Sequence record: OU343168.1
Strand: one strand, 5' to 3'
Length of the DNA stretch: 64,000 bases
Shown: positions 37,545 through 43,985 of the stretch, one piece after another
Layout of the letters: each line of letters begins with the position of its first letter
How positions within the stretch are numbered: the first letter of the stretch is position 1
Notes under the pieces: model-generated
What the model saw: the letters and a program-made list of their open reading frames with translations, nothing else
The model's database searches: none
What the model was told of the DNA's origin: nothing
Made by a program: the position numbers and the translations under genes

Positions 37545-38987
37545 TTAAGGGGTAAAAACAAGATGGGTGTTCAATTGACCCACCCGCACGGTGGTCGTTT
37601 GGGCGACCCCTTTCTTCAACACAATCACGACCCGGAGTTTCAAGGCCTTAGGGGCTCTGGCCAATTCAAGGATTTGGGTATCGAAGATCCCCGAGAGATC
37701 CCCTTGACGCAGGGGGTAATTCAGTTCAACGTTCTGACCCGAGCGTACAGTTTGGACTTGATCGTCCTGGTAGGTTACTTCCAGTTCCAGTCCTACTTGC
37801 AAGACCGCTTCCGCATCGGTTTGAATCGCCCAACGACCCTGAGCTACCAATTTCATCCCTACGGTCAGGTTTGTAATAGGGAGATCCTGTTCCATTCCCA
37901 AGGTCGGTTGATTACCGGTAGGCGTGCCCGTAAAGGACATCACCTGGTATTCGCCCCCTGAAGGGTTGGTTTCCTTGGTAATAGCAACGGTCAAACCGGT
38001 CAGTTGACTACCCCCAATACCGGTATTCGAGGCGATCTCTACCGTAGTAATAGTAGCACCTCCCGAATCCCCCGCTCCACCATCATTACCGATCAACAAA
38101 GGGTTGGGGTTAATGCTCCCGAAGAAGTGGGCGGTCTCTGGCGGTGTCGTGCTGAACGGGATGTAACTGGTTGGCAAGGTAATGGTATTCTTGAACAGCT
38201 TGCTCACCGCAGCAGCGACATGGTTACCAATGACCTCGGCTCCTTTGGGACTCGGGTGTGCACCGTCCCCCAGCATGCCCGCCAGCGGCTTATTGACATT
38301 ACCCGGCTCTACCATGTCATCCCAGGGGTTAACCACCACAATGCCCCGTTTAGGCAGCTCAGAGAGCATCCACTGGTGCACTTGGTAATGAATAGCCAAT
38401 TGTTCATCACTGAGCCCAATAGCGGCTTGTTCTACCGGGGTTTCAGCGATCACAATGACGGTTTTGCCATTGGCCAGCAATGTGGCGTAAATCTCGGAGA
38501 GGTTATTGATCGTTTCATTGAACGTCTGGTTGCGCAGACGGTCGTTCCCCGAACCCAAATGGATAATGACATCGAACTTATCCAGGGAAGCCAGGAGTTG
38601 GGGAAGGCGTTGGGCTTGTTGGGAGGTAGTATTCCCATCGACACCGGCGTTCATGGCATCCGGGAAGGCTACGGCTCCCTCGGTCTTCGCACTGGTCCAG
38701 AAGGCCAGACCGACGTTACCTTTCACGCACTGGTAAGCCCGGCTATCACCGTATACCACGATATTGCGGTTAAACGGCAACCGGTCATTACTTACCGCAT
38801 TGACTTTGGTGGTCAGGGTATTCACTTCTTCTTTCAAATAACGGGTACGAGCGTCCAGCACACGCGCTTGCTTGTTCGCATTGCCGGTGCCTTCTTCGGT
38901 GGCTTCAACCTTGTCATCCGGCATCAGAGCCAGTAAAGGTTCAACCCATTCCGGTTGTTCATTAATCACTACGGGATTGTCAGCCAT
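37545..38987 (-). CDS. Tail spike with SGNH/GDSL esterase domain
   Basis: Blocks VYGDS, GVDGNTT, LGSGND, DGAHP (S-D-H triad); N-terminal ANKQARVLDARTRYLKE anchor shared with the fibre. Confidence 0.85.
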   Translation of the reverse strand: MADNPVVINEQPEWVEPLLALMPDDKVEATEEGTGNANKQARVLDARTRYLKEEVNTLTTKVNAVSNDRLPFNRNIVVYGDSRAYQCVKGNVGLAFWTSAKTEGAVAFPDAMNAGVDGNTTSQQAQRLPQLLASLDKFDVIIHLGSGNDRLRNQTFNETINNLSEIYATLLANGKTVIVIAETPVEQAAIGLSDEQLAIHYQVHQWMLSELPKRGIVVVNPWDDMVEPGNVNKPLAGMLGDGAHPSPKGAEVIGNHVAAAVSKLFKNTITLPTSYIPFSTTPPETAHFFGSINPNPLLIGNDGGAGDSGGATITTVEIASNTGIGGSQLTGLTVAITKETNPSGGEYQVMSFTGTPTGNQPTLGMEQDLPITNLTVGMKLVAQGRWAIQTDAEAVLQVGLELEVTYQDDQVQTVRSGQNVELNYPLRQGDLSGIFDTQILELARAPKALKLRVVIVLKKGVAQTTTVRVGQLNTHLVFTP

Positions 38988-39002
38988 GAGAATAGGCCCT
39001 GT

Positions 39003-39596
39003 TTAATACGTGAGGGTGCCGTCGTAACGGAATTGTCCGTTAAAACGAGGAATGGCGTCGTATTGGCTTTCTACGACAGCCAGGGTACCGGTAACGGTGT
39101 TGGAATCAATGGTGGCCTGAGTGAACTCCCCGTCGAGGGTAATTTCATCATCCGTCAAGTCGTAGTAGCATTTGGCTTTGATCAGCGCTTTAATGTGTTC
39201 AGGGTTACGACTCCCTTTGAACACCAATACCGCTCCTTCAATGATATCTTCGTCTCGTTTGACTTGGTAAATACCTTCCACCCCCTGGGTTTGTAAAACG
39301 TCCCAATCAACCGGATCAGGGGTTTCCAGCATGGAGACCTTATTCTTCACATAATCCGCTGGGAGGTACCGTTGGTTCTTACCGGTCAGTTTACCTTCGG
39401 AATCGATATTGACCACCCGGGCAAATTCACCGCCTTCTACCTCAACTTTCCTGAGGTCAGAGAGGGTAGTATTATCCAGGGTGAGTTGCTCTAATACACT
39501 AACAATGTTCGGTTCATCGGAATAACGTTCTTTATTAAAAGCGATGAACCGTTCCAGAAACAGTAGATCGTTTGGAAAGGCCATGGGCGTGTCCAC
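39003..39596 (-). CDS. Tail-associated protein; paralogue of 26686-27315
   Basis: Shared N-terminus; C-terminal FNGQFRYDGTLTY motif typical of tail proteins; start may be ATG 39584. Confidence 0.65.
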   Translation of the reverse strand: MDTPMAFPNDLLFLERFIAFNKERYSDEPNIVSVLEQLTLDNTTLSDLRKVEVEGGEFARVVNIDSEGKLTGKNQRYLPADYVKNKVSMLETPDPVDWDVLQTQGVEGIYQVKRDEDIIEGAVLVFKGSRNPEHIKALIKAKCYYDLTDDEITLDGEFTQATIDSNTVTGTLAVVESQYDAIPRFNGQFRYDGTLTY

Positions 39597-39702
39597 AGAA
39601 GTAGATAGAGGGTTCGGTCATTAGACCATAAAATTGGTAAATAAAATAGTACCCAAACCCATATTCTTCACTTACCTGGTTATTTAACTTGAGGTTCTTT
39701 TC

Positions 39703-39722
39703 AAACCTACATAATCAGGGTG
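39703..39722 (+). promoter_or_regulatory. Early promoter motif AAACCTACATAAT-N4-GTG
   Basis: Start of the plus-strand early island. Confidence 0.7.
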
Positions 39723-39764
39723 AAGCACAGACAGAGACCGTTTAACGGTCAAGGAGCCTTGTCA

Positions 39765-39923
39765 ATGAATACCCTTCAGGCTAAAATTGAAAGCCTGCGC
39801 CAAAAAGCTCGTCGTTATGCCCGTCAGGCGATGTGTTCCCTAGAACCGTCTTACCGGCAACATTACCGTCAACTGAGCTACGAAGCCAGCCGTATGGCAG
39901 ATCGCCTTCAACGTCAACTGTGA
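39765..39923 (+). CDS. Small basic early protein
   Basis: SD AAGGAG; behind promoter 39703. Confidence 0.65.
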   Translation: MNTLQAKIESLRQKARRYARQAMCSLEPSYRQHYRQLSYEASRMADRLQRQL

Positions 39924-39961
39924 TTGGTGTTTACCCCCCTTCCCCCGCACACAGGTGTAAG

Positions 39962-40192
39962 ATGAGCAACGTTATCGATATGTTCAGCTGGCGGGACTCG
40001 AAGAATAAGCGTTCGAGTCAGTTCTCAGTGCTTCATCGTGAAATCGAAGCACTGTACGTCATTCAGAACCGCGCGCTTCAGGAGATCGCTTCAGCGGATA
40101 CAGTCTTGGCGTATGAACAAGCTAAACTCTTCCTGTTGGATGTCAGGATTGAAATTTACACCAAGACCATTGCGTTGAGTCAGTGTATCTAA
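39962..40192 (+). CDS. Small early protein
   Basis: SD AGGT before ATG 39962. Confidence 0.6.
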   Translation: MSNVIDMFSWRDSKNKRSSQFSVLHREIEALYVIQNRALQEIASADTVLAYEQAKLFLLDVRIEIYTKTIALSQCI

Positions 40193-40207
40193 GGACATTT
40201 AACGTCC

Positions 40208-40237
40208 AGTTGTAATCAGGTCTATATTACTTGGGTG
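40208..40237 (+). promoter_or_regulatory. Early promoter within 23-bp repeat AGTTGTAATCAGGTCTATATTAC (copy 1)
   Basis: Exact TATATTAC; 23 bp identical to 41497-41519. Confidence 0.8.
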
Positions 40238-40278
40238 TTTAAGTACGCAACATTCATTCCTTTTTGGAGGTGTACACC

Positions 40279-40758
40279 ATGGCTAAACAATCGAACTTCA
40301 CCATCGCCAACTACAACGCCGTCCTGGAAGCTGTTAAAGCCAACAACGGTTACGTGATCGACACCCACGGTGGTAGCCGTGGACCTTATCGTGCTGCTGG
40401 TATCGCCGCACTGGTGAAGGGCGAAAGGGTTACCCCGGTGCTGCTGTGCCATGGTTCCTACTTCTGCCTGAACTCGCTGCACAAGGAAGCCGATGGTTCG
40501 GTGACCCTCTCCAGCTGGTCGGTAGGTGGTACCATCTTCACCCACCAGCACGGTGGGCTGGAAGAAGCGATCCAAGCCTACAACAAGGAGCAATCCGAGT
40601 GGGCGCTGTCGGGCGGTCAACTGATGCATGTACGCATCTTCGACTACACCGACGAAACCGCACCTGTGTTCGGCGAGCCAGTTGATCTGGCAGGCGAAGT
40701 CGTGGGTGCGCTGGCAGCACAAGAGCCGATCGCCAAGGTCGACATCCCTGCTCAATAA
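40279..40758 (+). CDS. Hypothetical early protein, host-like codon usage
   Basis: SD GGAGGT; behind promoter 40218. Confidence 0.75.
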   Translation: MAKQSNFTIANYNAVLEAVKANNGYVIDTHGGSRGPYRAAGIAALVKGERVTPVLLCHGSYFCLNSLHKEADGSVTLSSWSVGGTIFTHQHGGLEEAIQAYNKEQSEWALSGGQLMHVRIFDYTDETAPVFGEPVDLAGEVVGALAAQEPIAKVDIPAQ

Positions 40759-40803
40759 CGAGCAGTTTTCTGTACGTAATCTGACTTCATTAGGAGCAAT
40801 GCC

Positions 40804-41211
40804 ATGAGTAATGTAATGCACGTTAGCACCATCGCCGGTCGTACCGCCCTGACGGTGATCACACCCGACGACCTGCCGGTTACCAACTGGATGGAAAATG
40901 TGCTTGCTGCACAGATCCAGAAAGTGGTTGACGAAGGTAAGGGTTGGCCCAACGACGCCGAGTTCAAGGTGGAGGTTACCTACCACACTTGGCCACAGGG
41001 TTGGGACCGGGAAGTGTACACGCACTTCTTTACCAACCGCGCCGAGCTGGACTCCTACATCAAGGACCAGCACGAGTGGGCCCGTTGTGAGGACAACATG
41101 GTGAAGATCAAGATCTACAACTGGGACCTCGGTCCGAACTTCATGGAAACTCGTGAGTTCGGTGGTCCTGAGTTGTGGAACAGCCCTCTGAGCCGTCCTT
41201 ACTTGACGTAA
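40804..41211 (+). CDS. Hypothetical early protein, host-like codon usage
   Basis: SD AGGAG; followed by a terminator. Confidence 0.75.
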   Translation: MSNVMHVSTIAGRTALTVITPDDLPVTNWMENVLAAQIQKVVDEGKGWPNDAEFKVEVTYHTWPQGWDREVYTHFFTNRAELDSYIKDQHEWARCEDNMVKIKIYNWDLGPNFMETREFGGPELWNSPLSRPYLT

Positions 41212-41219
41212 GGCTAGCG

Positions 41220-41248
41220 CTACCTCCCTGCCAGTGGCAGGGAGGTAG
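41220..41248 (+). terminator. Hairpin with T-rich tail
   Basis: CTACCTCCCTGCC/GGCAGGGAGGTAG. Confidence 0.75.
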
Positions 41249-41311
41249 TACTCCTTTTATTTTTTGCTTCATTTCCATTTTTATAGTTCACTCAACACAA
41301 CGAGCAAAGTA

Positions 41312-41452
41312 ATGCCTGACACTAACAACGGTCCTGTGGAAATAAAGATGGAACGTGTGCAGTTCAAAAGAATAAAAGTAAGGGGTCTTCGTAAATTCTG
41401 GTTACTCATCAAACGCTTACTGAGTAAGGACACCGATTATAAGAACACTTGA
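41312..41452 (+). CDS. Small basic hypothetical protein
   Basis: ATG in track ORF 41264-41452; weak SD. Confidence 0.4.
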   Translation: MPDTNNGPVEIKMERVQFKRIKVRGLRKFWLLIKRLLSKDTDYKNT

Positions 41453-41496
41453 CGAACGCATGGCTAAGTCAATGGAACTAAGGGTAATTAACTTCT

Positions 41497-41526
41497 AGTT
41501 GTAATCAGGTCTATATTACCTTTGTG
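41497..41526 (+). promoter_or_regulatory. Early promoter within 23-bp repeat (copy 2), upstream of the AmrZ-like gene
   Basis: Exact TATATTAC; 23 bp identical to 40208-40230. Confidence 0.8.
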
Positions 41527-41578
41527 TATATTAAGGCGTGGTTGCCTTCCTATTTTTAAGACTGAATAAACACAAAGG

Positions 41579-41935
41579 ATGTTATCTATGAGTCGAGTCA
41601 AGAAGGTGATGAAAGGTGTTCTGAAAGGTAACAGTCGAACGGCCGATAAGTTTGTATTACGGATGCCAGTCGGGCTACGTGATAAGGTTAGCAGACGCGC
41701 AACGACCAACGGGCGGAGTATGAATGCTGAATTCATCATGCTCATACAGGCTGCTATGAGCGGTGGGAACACAGGTGTAACCCAAATAAGGACTATTCCA
41801 TCAGTAGGTGGACCTGTTCGGGTTGAAGGACTTCCAGGCGTGGTAACTGAATTGATACCAACACCGACTGGATTTAAGATCCGGGCAAAAACCTGTGAGG
41901 GAGAGGATATTTATTCGTTATGGGAGATTGTTTGA
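41579..41935 (+). CDS. Arc/AmrZ-family ribbon-helix-helix DNA-binding protein
   Basis: SRTADKFVLRMPVGLRDKV....GRSMNAE versus recalled P. aeruginosa AmrZ SRTADKFVVRLPEGMREQI....HRSMNSE. Confidence 0.85.
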   Translation: MLSMSRVKKVMKGVLKGNSRTADKFVLRMPVGLRDKVSRRATTNGRSMNAEFIMLIQAAMSGGNTGVTQIRTIPSVGGPVRVEGLPGVVTELIPTPTGFKIRAKTCEGEDIYSLWEIV

Positions 41936-41936
41936 T

Positions 41937-42137
41937 ATGACTCGTTTCGAGAACTCGGATAAGGAAAAGAAACCCAGTGTTCCTTTGCAGAACAAAATCG
42001 GGTTTGCGGGGATAGGGCCCGACGATGAGCCCATGTTGTGGACACTCACCCTCCCCGGTGAAAACTCGGTGGGTTACGCAGAACCCTTTCGACCTGAGAA
42101 AGAAGACCTGATCCCTCAACCGGTCTTCTTCGATTAA
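41937..42137 (+). CDS. Small hypothetical protein
   Basis: ATG 1 nt after the RHH gene stop. Confidence 0.55.
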   Translation: MTRFENSDKEKKPSVPLQNKIGFAGIGPDDEPMLWTLTLPGENSVGYAEPFRPEKEDLIPQPVFFD

Positions 42138-42148
42138 AAGCGTCATAT

Positions 42149-42182
42149 ACCCTTACCCAGCCGAAAAGGGCTGGGTAAGGGT
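42149..42182. terminator. Bidirectional hairpin between convergent genes
   Basis: ACCCTTACCCAGCC/GGCTGGGTAAGGGT. Confidence 0.75.
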
Positions 42183-42201
42183 TAATCTCTTTATTTTTTG
42201 T

Positions 42202-42870
42202 TTACTTCACTTTGGTAACACACGACGATCTGACCAGTTCGGTGATACCGATCATCGTAGCTGCCACCGTCTCGGTGATCTTATCCACCTCGACCACCCC
42301 ACTCAGCAGTCCTTTCAGCTCATCGAGTCGCTTATTGAGGGCTTCCTTATCGGTGTCGTTACTGTAGTGGTTGATTTGACCTTCCACCTTGGCAATCTTG
42401 CTCTCCAGTACTCGGCGGGTCTCAAAGATGCTCATCCAACTGTTGGACATTGCTTCTTCACAACGACCGATTTTTCGGACAAATTCCTTAGCGGAATTGA
42501 GGTCTTTGATCGTTGTCACTTTAGGCAAGCCGATAAGTCCATTCACGTATTGCTGGATACCAATAACCATGCCATCCGCTACGCCAGAATCCTCACCTTC
42601 ATCTGCCAGTTTCTGGTACTTCGCTTTACGCTCATTCAAACGAGCCACCGCGGCTTCCAGTTTGGCGACCTGATTGCGCATTAGACTGCTGTGAATGATT
42701 CTGGACTCAAAGACTTCCTCGATCACCTTCTTGGCCTGTTCGGGTTGGTGTTCCACCGGAAGGGCTTTAATGTCGTCAAGTTTCTTAACCACGGTCTCCT
42801 TGGCGCTTTGGTCCTCGATCTTGTTGGCGACTACGGTGCTGCAGAGTATTACCTCGGTATTCCCCCACAA
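42202..42870 (-). CDS. N-terminally shortened paralogue of the upstream head protein
   Basis: Shares NGLIGLP and RC-x-EAMSNSWMSIF with 42931-43968; TTG start with AGGA 10 nt upstream; in-frame stop just upstream. Confidence 0.6.
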   Translation of the reverse strand: MWGNTEVILCSTVVANKIEDQSAKETVVKKLDDIKALPVEHQPEQAKKVIEEVFESRIIHSSLMRNQVAKLEAAVARLNERKAKYQKLADEGEDSGVADGMVIGIQQYVNGLIGLPKVTTIKDLNSAKEFVRKIGRCEEAMSNSWMSIFETRRVLESKIAKVEGQINHYSNDTDKEALNKRLDELKGLLSGVVEVDKITETVAATMIGITELVRSSCVTKVK

Positions 42871-42885
42871 TCGGAATAAGTCCTA

Positions 42886-42917
42886 CCTACCCTCCAGCCC
42901 TAGGGCTGGAGGGTAGG
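42886..42917 (-). terminator. Hairpin between the two head paralogues
   Basis: CCTACCCTCCAGCCC/GGGCTGGAGGGTAGG. Confidence 0.65.
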
Positions 42918-42930
42918 AGACCACCTTTCT

Positions 42931-43968
42931 TTATTCAACGGTTACAATGCATTTACGCAACACAACCGCAATATCCGACATGGCCAGTGTCACTTTGGTG
43001 GTGTTCTCGCCCACCCGGTTGATACCCTGGAGATGCTGCTTCAGTTCCTTGATCTGTGCATCCAGTTCTTTGTTCACTTTATCATCACCCGTCCAGTGGT
43101 TGATTTTCTCCGACACCTCACTGATCTTCTTCTGGACCGCCTGTTGGCTGTTGAAGATGCTCATCCAGCTGTTGGACATGGCTTCCTGGCAGCGCCTCAG
43201 CTTGGCCAAGAACGCCTTGGCGGTTTCCAAGTTGGTGATGCTGGTAATACCAGGCAGGCCGATCAGACCGTTCAGGTAGGTCTGAATACTACCTGCCATA
43301 TCACTGTCATCATCAGTTTTGGCATACTCTTCCTTGAGCGCTGTCAAGTTTTCGGCAGCTTGTTTCAGTTGAGCGGCATGCTGCTTCAGCTTGGCATTGT
43401 CTTCCAGCGAGGCTTCGAAAACTTCGCTGACCAGTTTCTTCACCGCCGCCGGTTGGCTGCTCTCTGGCATGGTCTTGATCTTTTCCGCTTCCGCCTTCAA
43501 CTTGGCTTTCTCGGCATCGGCCTGTTTGATCTGATCGATCCGTGCCCACAAGGCCTTCATGATCTTTTCGTTGGCCGCTTTATCAGCCGGTGTTTGTTCA
43601 GCTTTCTTGATCACTTCCTCGGTCTTCTGGATCTCGACCTTGACTTCTTCCTGGCGGTCCTTCACCTTCTTCTTGAAGAACCCACCGAAGATCGATTTGA
43701 ACAGGTTCTTGATGTATTCCCAGGCTTTCTTAATCCCTTCACCAATCGACGACAGGAAACCCTCATTCCCCGCCACTTCATTACGGGTCAGGTAACCCGC
43801 GGTATGGAGAACGGACTGAAGGTAACGCTGATTCGCGGTCAGGTCCATTCCTTCAGTTCCCATGACCGTATCCGAGAGACCGTCGAGCACTTGCTCAATG
43901 TGTTCCATTTCTGGAACACCGTCCATCAGTTCGTCTTCGTATTCAACCGTATTGGCTTGCTGATTCAT
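42931..43968 (-). CDS. Internal head protein with acidic propeptide (phiKZ-type head paralogue family)
   Basis: Acidic N-terminus with G-x-E sites (GTE-G, GNE-GF) matching the (S/A/G)-X-E prohead-protease consensus; strong codon bias. Confidence 0.7.
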   Translation of the reverse strand: MNQQANTVEYEDELMDGVPEMEHIEQVLDGLSDTVMGTEGMDLTANQRYLQSVLHTAGYLTRNEVAGNEGFLSSIGEGIKKAWEYIKNLFKSIFGGFFKKKVKDRQEEVKVEIQKTEEVIKKAEQTPADKAANEKIMKALWARIDQIKQADAEKAKLKAEAEKIKTMPESSQPAAVKKLVSEVFEASLEDNAKLKQHAAQLKQAAENLTALKEEYAKTDDDSDMAGSIQTYLNGLIGLPGITSITNLETAKAFLAKLRRCQEAMSNSWMSIFNSQQAVQKKISEVSEKINHWTGDDKVNKELDAQIKELKQHLQGINRVGENTTKVTLAMSDIAVVLRKCIVTVE

Positions 43969-43985
43969 TATCTGTTCCTTAAGGG

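Noticed and set aside
42870-42931. Programmed frameshift or readthrough fusing the two head paralogues
   Set aside because: Clean stop, hairpin and an in-frame TAG separate them; no slippery site seen.
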